A stretch of 63,901 nucleotides of DNA, the filler included, from Bigelowiella natans CCMP2755 (taxonomy: Eukaryota; Protista; Cercozoa): the NCBI GenBank assembly GCA_000320545.1. It is 10 parts of 10 records of this genome, joined end to end, with 100 filler letters (N's around TTAATTAATTAA, not from the genome) between each part and the next. Parts side by side here need not be neighbours in the genome. Positions count along the whole stretch, not along the records: positions 24,588 to 25,935 come from ADNK01002029.1; positions 26,036 to 28,765 come from ADNK01002927.1; positions 28,866 to 30,828 come from ADNK01002988.1; positions 30,929 to 37,051 come from ADNK01002771.1; positions 37,152 to 46,498 come from ADNK01001057.1; 5 more parts are not named here. The stretch is one strand, 5' to 3'. Below, in pieces: positions 24,988 through 38,969 of this stretch. The position numbers and the translations under genes were made by a program. The notes beneath the pieces are model-generated. The model had not been told where the DNA came from. It did no database searches and worked only from the letters and a program-made list of their open reading frames with translations. Numbering within the stretch: the stretch's first letter is position 1; every line of letters starts with the position of its first letter.

Positions 24988-25540
24988 CCTTTTTGAAAAA
25001 AATGGGGGCCTTTGTGGTGGTTTGGGTTCAAAACACCGGGGGGGGGTATTCCAAGGTGTTGGCCGAATACGTGGAGAACGAGATCCTCAATCACAATGTA
25101 GTAACGATGATGATCATCATGCGGCGTCTTATTGACTAACTAGTAGCGGCGTGGTCACGACGACGATGATGATGACGATGAATGATGGGAATGAGAGCTG
25201 TTAAACACAGCAGCAGCAGCAGCAAGAAGAAGAAGAAACATGATCATCGATCCTTGCCCTTCTAGCTTCCCCTTGCCTGACCGATTGGCCGATCGATTGA
25301 TTGATTGATTGACCCCGGTGCCGTTCTGGTTTTTGCTTTGCTTTGCCTTTGCGCGGATGAATGTGGGTGTGGATGCAACGCAGGGCTCCGTCGCCAGGAA
25401 CGCCAGGCACTCCCGCCTATACATCAGCACCATGCAGAGATCCATCCAAACGACCAAGTGGATCCGACACACCGTGCAAACCGACGGCTGGGTCACGATG
25501 CGACCGAGGAGATTCGCGGCGCTCGATGAAGTGTATGCGG
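24690..25540 (+). CDS. 6-phosphofructo-2-kinase/fructose-2,6-bisphosphatase, phosphatase-domain fragment
   Basis: [38 protein letters not shown] (RHG histidine-phosphatase motif in PFKFB context), LYISTMQRSIQT, ALDEVYA. Confidence 0.9.
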
Positions 25541-25935
25541 TATGGAATTTATCGCGCTCCCCTCCCCCCCAATACGCAGGCACATACGGAAAGGAATGAG
25601 AAATGGGGAGAGGGGAGGGGGGGGGGGGGGGGGGGGGGGGATTCTATAGGGCATACGCTTCATCGAGCGCGGGGGATCTCCTCGGTCGCATCGTGACCCA
25701 GCCGTGGGTTTGCACGGTGTGGCGGATCCACTTGGGCGTTTGGGTGGATCTCTGCATGGGGCTGATGTATAGGCGGGAGTGCCGGGGGTTTCCTGGCGAC
25801 GGAGCCTTGTGTTTGTATTCACACCCCACTTTTCATGCGCGCGAGGGCAGAGGAGAAGCAAAAGCGAGAACGGGCACGCGGGCGTGGATTATATCAAATC
25901 AATCGGTGGGGACACGCGGTTCGGAAGGGGGAGGC
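25280..25935. repeat. Fold-back inverted copy of a PFKFB exon, probably an assembly artefact
   Basis: About 25650-25935 is the reverse complement of about 25280-25540, hinged on a poly-G run, and identity falls towards the contig end. Confidence 0.8.
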
Positions 25936-26162
25936 NNNNNNNNNNNNNNNNNNNNNNNNNNNNNNNNNNNNNNNNNNNNTTAATTAATTAANNNNNNNNN
26001 NNNNNNNNNNNNNNNNNNNNNNNNNNNNNNNNNNNTATTTTTTCTTGGGAGCGACACCGCACACACTTCATATATATTATATAATATATCCTACATCCCC
26101 ATGAGCTCCTATTCTGTAAATCGAATGATTCAATCGTTTTATTTGTTTTTTTTTCCCCCCCC

Positions 26163-26199
<37 letters not shown>

Positions 26200-26212
<13 letters not shown>

Positions 26213-26339
26213 AAGACCTGTTCGTTTGCCGCTGTGACCATTGCAACGGACTGCTGTGGCTCACTTCTGCTAGCCTGCCGTAGTTGTGGGTGTGATGGTT
26301 TTGCTTGGCCATGTTGTGATTAACGAATGGCGATTGCTT

Positions 26340-26384
<45 letters not shown>

Positions 26385-26801
26385 GGATAGATGAATAATG
26401 GCGATGATGGTCTAGTGTGTTACTTACGATGTAGTGGTGATATGTAACACAGAGGATAAGTACCTTTAGCCGAGACGTTCGTGAGGCCAATGCATTGATG
26501 TTATTCGCATATCTTGTTAGAGCCGTGCCCAAGAAATACAACAACGACGACGACAACAACAACAACAACAACAACAACAAACACAACCATAGTATTTGCA
26601 TCGAGATTCGACATGATGGCACTTACTACTAATGCTGCTGCGCTTCTCAAGCTATGCGTCGCCGTCACCTCATAATCCTTTCCTTCAATCTTCGAGACGT
26701 GCGCTGTTGCACAGGCGGCTCGAATACTACCCGCAATGTCTCTCGCGTCCCCTAGCACCATGTTTTAGAGAAGTAGAAAGGAGGCTATTAGCGTTAATAG
26801 A

Positions 26802-26848
<47 letters not shown>

Positions 26849-26932
26849 TCTTACATATATTTATGTAAAATAGGTGTGATACAATTTTTCGAACACCCCC
26901 TCCCTCCTCGTTCTCTTTCTCTCCCTATGTAT

Positions 26933-27018
<86 letters not shown>

Positions 27019-28407
27019 CCATCCCCGAAATATACACAAATACCGTTAAAGAATTTCCATGTTTCGCTCGGGTAAGGGTCGACTTCACGTCTGGCTCAGC
27101 AATAAAGAAGAAGGTTCGCAGCAAGAGATGATAAATACTGGTAAATATTCGAATGGAAAATGCACGCGAGGCGTTTGTCCTCAAGTCAAATGTTTTGCAC
27201 GCACTATACTAAGAACCTTCTTTTGCATCCCCATCATCAACATCCCTAAGAGATAACGACACGTATTGATTGATCACATACTTCTTTACAAGCGTCGATG
27301 CGTGTGTAAGCAAAACGTATGTTGCGATAGAAAGGGTTCTTTCTATTCTGCGCTGAATCAGCTTGCCTTCTTTATCTCCCCTTGGCCACTACCTTGCAAA
27401 CTGAAAGAAGAGGAACACCAAGGAGCTTATGTCCGGCGGTCGTGCATCTACGAGCCAGTCCCAAGTCTATCAAATATGTCAACAACATTATTCTTCACTT
27501 ATATATAGAGAGAGGGGTGGCGTTTGATTTCGTCATGTCTTGCATACTCACGTAGTCAAATAGAGGGCACGTTGACTTTTTGTGGCACACGAAGACTCTC
27601 TGCATCGCTCTCCTATGTAAATCGATCTGCAGTCCAGCTTCTCCCTTTTACTACGCGCAAAACCCACGCCCTCCTCCGCTTCTTGTGAGCGCGACCTACT
27701 CCCAAAAAGTGGGATCTCTCGCGAGCTGATTCACCCTAAAAGTTGTTGTATCCGAACGCCTTCTGTGTGCTTCAAGCCCGAGTATGGATATGCCAGATGC
27801 TCTCCAATCGGCCCGTTGTTCCGGTCAGCTTAGATTGGGTGTGTTTTCCCCTTCCCCCCCTGTGTTCCAAATGTTACAGCTCTTCCGTGGAGGAGTGCAA
27901 GGCGGGTGGGACTGATTAGAGTGCTGCTTTTAATTAGGGCTGAACGAGAGTGTTGCAGCTCCGCCTCCAATATTTCAAAATCCGATCGAATTACGCAGTA
28001 CGACATCAAAGTAATTGGAGAATGATTGAAAACCTACAGCATTTTGCGCTTCGAAGCCAGGAAAAGATTCCGGCGAATGATCATTTTACCTTGCGACAGT
28101 CTTTTACTGCCTGCGACAGCCCAGAAACGCCAGAGCTTGAAGAAGGATAAAAATTCCTCCATATTTATCCTGCGACAATAACAAAATCCTTGTCGTAGGA
28201 TAAATTCGGACTAGATTTTTCTTGTAACGCTACCAGTTGATCTTTAAGCGAGTGATCAACGTGCTTCCCCTCCCTATGTTTAAGGGACGCGCGCCGCTGC
28301 GCGATTGAGATGCTGCCGCGGCATTTTCCCAGGGTGCCCCTCTTTTTAGCTACAGTTTCGTTGATGGTGATTACGACAGTGCTGTCAAGGAGCCATCCAG
28401 TGTTCAT
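26200..28407 (-). CDS. Spliced hypothetical protein (tentative)
   Basis: ATG-initiated ORF at 28407 (MNTGWLLDSTVVITINE...) below an AT-rich stretch, plus several GT-AG-bounded coding-like segments (e.g. GDARDIAGSIRAACATAHVSKIEGKDYEV). No family recognised and the phase chain was not fully solved. Confidence 0.35.
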
Positions 28408-28721
28408 GGCGGCGAGGAGGAGATTTCTTGGTGTAGAAACCCAAATAACGTGAAAGTTGAATTCGCCTCTTCAGCAAACACTTCTGTACATTTACGTGTA
28501 TTTCGAATATTCTTTCTCGCCGATCGATTACTTCTTTTTGACCGTACACTCTTTTTTCTTTTTAACATTTGGGTACATGGGAACTTTCCGATTTATTCGT
28601 TCTGAATCGCCGGTGTGAAGGGAGAGGTGTCACGAGCAAAGTTGTCATCGATCGTGAAGGCGCGAGAGCGGTACGAACACAATAGATGGAACATGCACGC
28701 ATTGATTCTCTCTCTCCCCCG

Positions 28722-28765
<44 letters not shown>

Positions 28766-29964
28766 NNNNNNNNNNNNNNNNNNNNNNNNNNNNNNNNNNN
28801 NNNNNNNNNTTAATTAATTAANNNNNNNNNNNNNNNNNNNNNNNNNNNNNNNNNNNNNNNNNNNNCCATAGATCGTTTATATCTCTCATATGAGCAGGTG
28901 GGTGGAGGCAAGGCTGCCCAGGCCACAGGACAGCAAGCCCATCCAGCTCTCCTTCTCCCCCGAGCTTAGAAACTGAGGAGGGCGGGGAAGCAGCGCGTGC
29001 GTTTATTAACACTATCACCCAATATGCTGCGTAGGAGGCGAGAGAGATTGAATTGAAATGGAAGTTTTGGAGGGCTGGGTGCGGCGGAGTGTTTTTTATG
29101 CAAGGGGAGCCTTCGCCACCACCATCATTCTCATCCTCATCACCATCATCATCATCATCATTATCGTCTCTTTACCATCCTTATATATTGTTAAAAAAAC
29201 AGGTATTGCAGTGTGTCAACGGCTCGCGAGGGCTACGAAAGAAACTTCGCTCTTCCAGTACATGTGCTCCCTTCTCAAATGAGCAGTGTTGCGTTTGCGT
29301 TGCACTGCATGATTGTATCTGCATCAGCACTTACTCTCCACATGAAGCGTACTAGCGTACACATCGTGCATGCGCGAAATCCAAGCTGTCGTAAGAAATG
29401 ATCACGGACTTGTCATGGTGATAACGAAAATTGAAAAAGCTGGAATGCATGCATGCATCGATGAAGTGCTGTCGGCACGTGTCTGTTTGCATGCACGCAA
29501 TCAGTCGTCACATTGTTGTCATTGTTTCGATCTTTAATTGCACAAGCTAGCAAGCCACAGCATGCAAACTTGCATAGGGAAATGAAATGCGATTGCATGT
29601 CTATCACAATGTGGGGTGCTGTATACTCATATAACACGGCGGCATAAGCACATAAACAACAGAGACACAGTCTAGTAGAGCGTCACAATAATAGCATGTC
29701 TATCATCGTTCGAATTCGATGGACTGCGCGCTGCGCATTTGACAGATTTGCGATGTTCTGTGAATGTCAGACGTGTGTGCACATGTCCACATGCGTCACG
29801 TATCTCTACTTGTCCACGTACAGCAAAAATGATACAACGGCAATGGCAACATTAAATTTATTGTTGGTGCGAAGCTACGTACGTACAATTATATCGTGCG
29901 CGTGTGTGTGCAGCAATTTTCAGATCTACCTAGCTATTGCTACAGGTAGCGCTCGATATCAGCA

Positions 29965-30000
<36 letters not shown>

Positions 30001-30458
30001 TAAATAAAGACTAATTTAAAAGTTTTAAATTAATTAACAATAACATATGTGTTCTGTTAAAGTTGTCGTCATAAGCTGTGAGGGGGTCCATGGTCGCTAC
30101 TTGGCCGAAGAGAGTTTTTCCTCGATTTTGACCCTAGCATAGCCCCCTCGTCCCCCCCCCCCCCATCGCTTTCCTCATGACTATTAAGGAGTCCCCGTGA
30201 TGGAGGCTGCAGCAGGGCTCGAGCATCATCCCCTTGTGCTATTATCGAGGCGTTTCTAACGTCGCTTCCCCCCCCCCCCCTACTGCTACTATGCTGTGCC
30301 CGCGGCGTGCTGAGGGCCTGACTGCCGCCCTCATCGAAAGTCTCCCGTACCATTGAGATGAAGATCTGCTCGAGGGAGCTCTGGCTTACGCTATAGTCGC
30401 TTATTCCGAGCCGCTATCGAGAGTGGGGAGGTTGATGTATTAGCAGCTGATAGTCTTT

Positions 30459-30503
<45 letters not shown>

Positions 30504-31140
30504 GTGTGTGTGTGTGTGTGTCTGAGTACTATATATACACACTTCTTGTGTATTATTATACATATAACTTGCACTCCCGCCACCGTGTCACGCGCTCACC
30601 TTCTTATTTCCTTCTAACATTCGGAAGATCGAGGCGAGCGAAACCTACGTATGCATCGCACCATCATCGTCATCATCACTGTCATCATCATCATCATCAT
30701 CACTGTCATCGTCTTTATCATTATCATCGTTATCACCACCATCATCGGTATCATCACTGTCATCGTCATCATCCTCATCGCCACCCCGCTCAGAAGATCG
30801 GAAGGAGCACCGCAGCAAAACAATCTAANNNNNNNNNNNNNNNNNNNNNNNNNNNNNNNNNNNNNNNNNNNNTTAATTAATTAANNNNNNNNNNNNNNNN
30901 NNNNNNNNNNNNNNNNNNNNNNNNNNNNACTCTGACCACAACCAATTCCCTCAAGGTCCCGACTATCAGGGGAGTGGGATTTGGTTGCGAAGATGCGCGC
31001 ACGTCTTTCACCCATATCGTTCCTGGGATCTTGAGCTTTGATTCAATTATCGTCGTCATCGTCATCATCATCATCACCACTCATCATCATCATCATCATC
31101 ATCATCATCGCTCCCCGCCCCCCCCCCCCCCCTATCACAG

Positions 31141-33104
31141 GGCCTGTAGTGTTTGACTCCCTCTTCGACGGAGAGGTATATGACGCTCGCCTATGGGAGC
31201 GACTCGTCGGCTTTTCCACACCGAACTACGACGCCTCGGAGAATGGCGGCGATGGCGCTGCTGCTAGTGCCGCTGCTGCTTCTACCACTTCGGGGAGAGG
31301 GACGGAGGAGCTCTGGAACCCTGTTAGTGACATCTCATTCGAGTCCTGGACAAGGAAAACAAGGCTCGTCGCGCAGCCTATTCCTCCGATTCGCAATCAG
31401 GACATCGCCATCCCCGGTAGTGAGTGGATATCATGCTTGTTCGTTGATGCTAGTTGCTTGTGAAAAGAACGCTTTGAACCCCGCTGCAAGGAGCAAAATC
31501 TCTATTCTAAGCTGCGATACTACTCCCGCTCCCGCCGCCTTGCCTTTCCCCCCCCCGCCCCCGCCCCCTGTCTCCCAATACCGTTTCTATTCGTAGTTAA
31601 GCTGGAGGTGGTCGAGATCGACGGGGAGGGGAAGGCGCGCATAATTATCGATTTTGGGCGGAACGTCGCCGGCGTTGTTCGGGTACAGCATCGTGCTATG
31701 AGGCTGGCATCTTCGTTGAGAAATAACAGCATCCGTGTGGGGGAAGGGAAGGAGGGGAGGAGTGGGGGGGGGGGGGGCTTTCAGATAGAAGCGATACACA
31801 CATCTGTACAAGTTGCACGGTATTCGTTTTCAGTGGCCTTCCCACGATTTGAAGTGACTTTTCTTTGCGTCCCTCTTCAGCTGGTGCCCCCCCAAGGGCG
31901 ACGAGGAGATAACATCACCATTCGCCACGCCGAGGCCTTGATGCACCCCCCGTAAGCAGCAGTCGTGTGTATGTAGAAGTCGTAGCAGCGGTGGGTAGGG
32001 AGTATAGCTTTATGATATGATTTGCTCTTGGTTTTAACGAAGAGATAGATGATAAATGCTTGATGATTGGTGATTGATGATCGATGGATGCTGCCGGACT
32101 GCCATATTGCCGGTATTCTGGCCTTCTTCTTCCCCCACCTGTCCTCGTTTACTCGATATCCGATAACCACCCCCCCCTTCTTCTCCCTGTTCCTTGGAAA
32201 TGGGTGCAAATAGATACGGCGAGTTCGGCTTGAACGGCTCATACCTCTACACCGCAAACCTACGCACCGCGCGAGCCACTGACGTTTACATCTTCAGCGG
32301 CGAGGAAGAGAGTGCGGGCGCTGGGGAATTCTGGCAGCCGCGAAACACCTACCACGGCTTTCGGTATGTGGAGATTCGAGGCTGGCCCTGCGCGCCGCGT
32401 CGTCCCCCTCCCCGCTCCGCCGCCGGCGCCACGCGGCAGCAAAGCCTCCCGCTCTGCAATGGCCTCGCGGTGGAGATTCAGCAAGTCCACTTCCGCACCG
32501 ATGTGGAGCGCGTTGGCCATGTGCGGACTTCGAGTGCGGTGATTAACGGGATATGGCGGATGGCCGCCGAGAGCCTTTCCTCAAACCTAATGTCTATTCC
32601 TACAGACTGCCCTCAGGTCCGCTATCCGCGCTCGATGCCTCTCTGCCAGCTTGCAGCGGGAGCCCCCAAGCTTGCATAGCTTGGGACTTCCCTCTCCCCC
32701 GCTTGTACTTTTGCACTTTGCCGGGAGGGTGGGCTACTCTGGCCGCCTCGTGTTCGCGTGTAGTTTTGCGTCGGGGCCGAGAAGCATTACCATCATTATC
32801 GTCATCACCATCATCACCACCACCACCACCACCACCACCATCATCATCACATTGGTTGCACGCTGAAAGCTGTCTTGTGCGTGTCTAATTTCTCCCCACA
32901 GCGTGATGAGCGGCTAGGGTGGCTCGGGGATGCGGGCCTCAGCGCACAAATCTCCGCAATGATCTACGACATGCGAGCCTTCCACGATGGGTATCTAGAT
33001 CTGATTGAAGACGATATGAGCAGCGACGGCAGCATTCCAGATGTTGTGCCGTACTATAGGTAACGACGAGGGGCATGAATTCTTCTTCACATCTCTCTAT
33101 CTCC

Positions 33105-33186
<82 letters not shown>

Positions 33187-34170
33187 TTCTCTCTCTCCTG
33201 GCATATGCGGTATGTTTGTGCTTTGTATTCCGGGCAGGCTTCCCCCCCCCCCCACCCCCCTTTCTCCCCTCCACGCACTTGCAGACGAAAAACATATTTT
33301 TCATGCCCCTCGGCGTTGGGTTCCCAGCTCGAGTGCGAAAGGCTTCATGACGATGCGGCTATTTGCCGCGTCGCGGGGCTCGAGCCATTTAACAGCCCTG
33401 ATCGTCGTCTCGGCCTTGACGATGTGCTGCGTGTGGTAGGTATGGCGGAATCCCTGCTGACCCGAGCTGGAGTGCGGCGTTCGTGTCAATACTGTTCTCC
33501 CAATTTCGGGTCGCGGCCAATCTTTTCCCCTACTGGAAACACCGAGAATCTATCATGAAATACCTGGAGAATATCGCCCGGGCGGCGCGGGAGAGAGGGG
33601 GCCTTGCTTCGATGAAAGCGTCACAGATTGTACGTTCTGCCGTGTTCGATGCATGCAAATGCCTTCATTCCTTCTCTCCCGCTTTGCGCGCAGTAAAGAT
33701 AGTTCGGAGAGCTGATTTCTTGCTTTTTTGGCGTTGTTTTTCACGTCGCTCCTCTCCGTGCTGCCGATTAGCACATCGATGCTGACTAGTGTTATCTTGG
33801 TTGTTTTCCGGTTGTTTTGTTATTCGAATCGATTCGTATCCGTTCTCAGCCGTTCGGAAGCTACGGGGATTGGGTGCCTGTCAATAAGACCCACAGCCCC
33901 TCTATCACGTAAATTTTGATGATGATGATGAGGGTGGCGCAGATGATGATGCTGATGATGATGATCATGATGATGAGAACGAGAACGAAGATTTACACAA
34001 CACAAGGCGTTTTCACACGGGGCGCCTGCATTTGTAATTTCGCGGTGTGGTGAGAAAGAATGGACGGCTCACAAGAAGACATGAAGCCCTCCATTCCAAA
34101 AATCTTTCCCTTTTTGCGTCGCACAGTTGAAGTAGTGGTATCGGAGAGAGGGGGGTGAAGGGGGAGGGTG

Positions 34171-34210
<40 letters not shown>

Positions 34211-35776
34211 TTGTAAAAGAGCAAATCAAAAGAGTACACAAACGAGGGCAATAAAACATGCACTTCATAACAATCAATGAGCCGATGAGCAAGAAAGAGA
34301 GCTTTCCCTCACTGCCCACTCGCCTTTAGAAGCATTCTTAAAGCACATACTTATTGTTTTCGCTGCATCGTGGAACAGATTCGTATCCGCCTTCAGCTGG
34401 CTGCGCTCACTCCAAGAGGCCGAGGAGATGGCCCTCGCTGCTGGGGACGAGGCGTTTGCCGCTGTTTATCACAAGAACTACACGGTGCTTCGCTCAGAAA
34501 TACTCGAGGTTTATTACGACTATAACCGAACGGAATTCGAAAACGGGGGGCAAACAAGCTCTGCGCTAGGTACCGCCAATTCCCTCTTGTAGATGCGACA
34601 GCTCGCGTGGGACAAATTCCCATCGAGGAAACATGCCGCTGGGGCCTATTGGGGTTGCGGCGCTGTCAATGCTGTTATTCGCCGTGTTTGCGTTTATTCG
34701 GCTTGGTATATGCGTCTGTCTTTGCGAGGGTTATCTCGTAGCATCCTCTGCTATAATATGATATGATGCTAACGATCCTTCCTCCCCCCACCCGCGAAGG
34801 CCTGCGCCTCGAGATATTGGACCCTTCGGAGCAAAAGAAGCTGGGCGATGCTCTGGCCGCAAAGGTAGGTGATCTTTCATGCTTCCAAGCTGTCGCCCTG
34901 ACAGCTTTCCTTCCGACCGAAATCACGAATTTCAGCTCATTTATCGATTTTTTATCTGTTCATTTATTTCCCAAATGATACTTTGAATCATTTCTCTCGC
35001 TTTGTTGTTGCTGCTGCTGCTGCTGTTGTTGGCATAACGGCCGCCACCACTCCTCTGCAACCTCACCCATGGGGGTTCTTGTCGCTGTGGTGGTGTGTCG
35101 CATCGAAATGAAAGGTCGGCGAGGGCGATTGGCGGTGGGATGTGGGGATCTTCGGTTTCAGGCACATTCTCCAATCCCTATTGATGACAGGCCATGGAGA
35201 CACCGCATTCAGGCTTCTCACGCAAACAGGTATGAGCGCATATTCAATGCCGTGGCGAAGCGTAGCCGCGGCAGGGAGCCCCTGGATCCTGTGACGGGCT
35301 AGCTTTTTCCTTCTTTTTTTTTTACCTTTTCAGCCGCTTTGGCCTTTTCTGCCTGCCTTTTCTTCCCTGACCTGCTGGCCGTTCTTTTTCGGTTTTTTGG
35401 TTTCTTTTCTCTATTCGCCTCGGAGAAGGCGCCCTCTACCACGAACCTTCGTTCCCTTTCGATGTTATGTTATGTCGCGTGCGTGCGTGTGACTCCGAAT
35501 TCCGCCTAATGCGGCAGAGTACCCTTCGTTGGGCTGGATGATGCAGAACCCGATCGAGCCTGCGTCTTCAAATCTCTGGGAACTTTGGAACTCGCCGCTT
35601 GACCCAAGCCCGGATATGAATAGCCGCAACCACCACATGTATACCCACATGTATAACAGCATGCGCTATAGCTATCATCCTGTCACGCGCTCCGCTGCCC
35701 GGGGGGGGGGGTGGGGGACAACCGATGAATTGAAAACGAAATAGAAATGAAGAGAAACACCGCTCGCGCGTTCGAG

Positions 35777-35860
<84 letters not shown>

Positions 35861-36694
35861 AAGGAGGGGGGATAGGGGGGGGTAATGGATACGGAACAAA
35901 AACGAGAGGAAAGGAAACTACGATCATTGTTTTGGACAGTGCGTGTGTGAGAGTGTGTGTGCGCGCGCGTCTGCAACTCCATATGCATCATCTACGGCAC
36001 AATTCCTCCTGCCTTTCGCAGCTGCATGTCGCTGCGTACACACGCGGGTGCTCCCCGACCACTCGCTCGATCTCACCCCGCAATCACGTACACTCACTCA
36101 CAAAATGCAACGCCTTTCCTAAGGTACGCATCCATCGGACTCTTCATCTACGAAGTTGCAGGCCTGATCGGGGGCCAAGATCGCGGGCTTCGAAACCCCA
36201 TTCACCTGGCTGTAGGAGGCTGTTGCGGATCCCTCGCTTCTTCGTGTCTCGCCTCCAGAACGGCCTTTGGCGCTTTGCACTTCTGCTGGAGCGTCGCAGA
36301 CTTTCAGAGCGCAGCAGCAGCAGGATACTCGTCAATGACGGCAAGGCCCGATAGCGCTGGCACGAAAGCGGCCTCTTCGAAACGGTTCAACGTGACTTTG
36401 CCTTCTGGCTCACACAGCAACGTGTTCTGCCCGGTGACGGCAGCCCTCCCCGTGCATCTTCGGATAACGACAACGGCGATGGAAGTAGCGCTGGGCTGGG
36501 AGACGCGCGAGAACGGAGGCCGAACCCGGAAGATCTTCGATGGCGTTTTGACCGAAGACACCCTAGAGTTGGGGCACAGTAAGATTCCAGGCTTACAGCG
36601 GCTGGCCTACGACAGAAAGAGCCGCAGCCTTGTTTTCACCTTGGGATCTGGCGAGTATAGTTTCAACGTAACGGAGAAGGCTAGGCAGCGATGA
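31141..36694 (+). CDS. Alpha-L-rhamnosidase, glycoside hydrolase family 78 (5' end missing)
   Basis: SLFDGEVYDAR, IIDFGRNVAG, ITIRHAEAL, NLRTARATDVY, TYHGFRYVEI, SIPTDCPQ|RDERLGWLGDA (GH78 catalytic region), YGDWVP, YPSLGWM...NLWELW...MNSRNHHM; stop at 36692-36694. Confidence 0.95.
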
Positions 36695-37239
36695 GTGCGT
36701 CGTACCTCGATCGACCTGGAGCTCTGCGCTATTGAGCATTTCTAGATTTATTAGAACGTTGCATGGGTGCGGTACGTGCACGCCGAACCAATGTAACAAG
36801 TTAGTAGCAGTACAACACATATAGTAATGAATACTTCACATTGATTCTGGCTGAATCGAGTAGTGCTTGCAAACTCGTGAAGCCGCTAGCAGTTTGTGCT
36901 GCATTGTTTGCGGTCCAGCGGTGGCAATAGACTATGCTGGCGAGAATCTAGCAATGCTAGAAGTAGAGAATGCCAAATTACGACGCATTTGCTGCTAGCT
37001 AGCTAGTGTAATTCTAGTAGTCTAATAATGCATGCTGCATGCACATGCACANNNNNNNNNNNNNNNNNNNNNNNNNNNNNNNNNNNNNNNNNNNNTTAAT
37101 TAATTAANNNNNNNNNNNNNNNNNNNNNNNNNNNNNNNNNNNNNNNNNNNNCCTTCTCTCTCCATCATCAGCAATGTCCTCATCAACAACAATAACAGCA
37201 GCTGCTGCTGTGTGTCCCCTTCTCGTTCGATGTGTGAAG

Positions 37240-37343
37240 CCGCACATGCACCATATTCAGCTTGCGGCCATTCAGATACATTGGGAATCCAATGAAATTC
37301 GAGTACCGTGATGGAATTTCAGCTGGTAAGTAGACGAATATAA

Positions 37344-37385
<42 letters not shown>

Positions 37386-37616
37386 GTGTAAAATACTTGT
37401 CAATGATATCTTCCAAAAGGCGCTTATCTGAGAAATTTTTCTCGTCCTCCTTGAGGTGCATGATGATCTTCGTTCCTCTGATTGGTGGATGGATTGATGG
37501 ATGGATGGATTGATGGATGGATTGATGGATGGATTGATGGATGATGACGATGATGGTGAGGGCTGCTGCAATTGAGAATCGAACGAACGACACTATTACC
37601 CGCTTTTCTCAACACA

Positions 37617-37663
<47 letters not shown>

Positions 37664-37798
37664 TTTGTTGTAAATATATAATTCCATTCCTGACCTTTGA
37701 ACACCCTCTGCCTTGCCGATGTTATACGTGCCGTCTCCAGTGGACGTCCAATAGTGTGCATCACCTTTTGTTTAATCATTTTTGGTCTATATTTTAAG

Positions 37799-37836
<38 letters not shown>

Positions 37837-37923
37837 ACATATATGTGTGTGTGTGTGTGTTTGTGTATTATTACAGTGTCAGAATTAAAGAGAATGCAAT
37901 TAACACGAATATGTTATCGTACG

Positions 37924-37955
<32 letters not shown>

Positions 37956-38775
37956 TGTGTGCGCGCGCGCTCGCTCGCGGCACGCCCTCTGCCCTCACCT
38001 TTCGATGGATCAGCGGATTTCGAATACACTTCAACCTGGCAGGAAGGGGGAGGCATAACAGTGACAATGCTGATGATAATGATGATGATGATGATGATGA
38101 TAATGATAACGATGATAATGGTAATGATTGACGATGATGATGATGATGGTGATGATGATGATGCATTGTGCTGCGATCTTCCAGCGATTAATCGAAGCTG
38201 GCAGAGACACACAGAGGCTACTACTTACGTGCAGGAGGATGCGAGAGCTCCATCCATCATCACCAGCATCACCACCTTCATCGATCTCATCGTTCTCTAT
38301 TACTTTCTTCTTCTTCTTCCTCCTCCTCCTCCTAAACGTACCTTATCCGCCACCATGAAGACGGAGTAAAACCCCACCCCGAACTGGCCGATGATGTTCT
38401 CCGTGGCTTCTGAGGACCCCATAGAGTCGAGATTTTTGATGAATTCCTTCGATCCCTAAGAGTAGTGGTGGTGGTGGTGGTGATGGTAATGATGATGATG
38501 AAGATATTGCTATAGTTATTGTTTAAGTGCGTGCAGGGTAGCAGCAGCTGCCTGGCTGTCTGTCTGTCTGTGTCTGTGTCTGTGTGTGTCTCTCTCTCTC
38601 TGTGTGTGTGTGTGTGTGTGGTCAAAGAACCGATTTTGCAATAGTCCCCAGGTGCTCGATCAGCTCCTCTTTGGACATCCCGACCCCGAAATCCTGCCAA
38701 CCATCCACAACCACACGTATGTAAGCTTAGAGTAACTACAATATACATATATATATTTAGACGAGAATACGTCTA

Positions 38776-38807
<32 letters not shown>

Positions 38808-38931
38808 TGTGTGTGTTTCATTCGCTCCGGCCACACCTGGATGATGAGTTGATTCTTCTCCTTGTCGCACATGATGTGCATCTCAAATTCCTTCTCAGAG
38901 TCGGAGAGGGACATATCGGTGTTGCGGAGGT

Positions 38932-38969
<38 letters not shown>

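Noticed and set aside
25280-25935. Inverted PFKFB exon copy as a natural hairpin or antisense regulator
   Set aside because: It is hinged on poly-G, mismatches are biased to G and increase toward the contig end, which fits sequencing or assembly error. Long reads would settle it.
28866-30828. Possible gene ends on a short contig
   Set aside because: Exon-like pieces exist (about 28900-29030, 29200-29280, 30200-30430), but I could not fix a frame or family.
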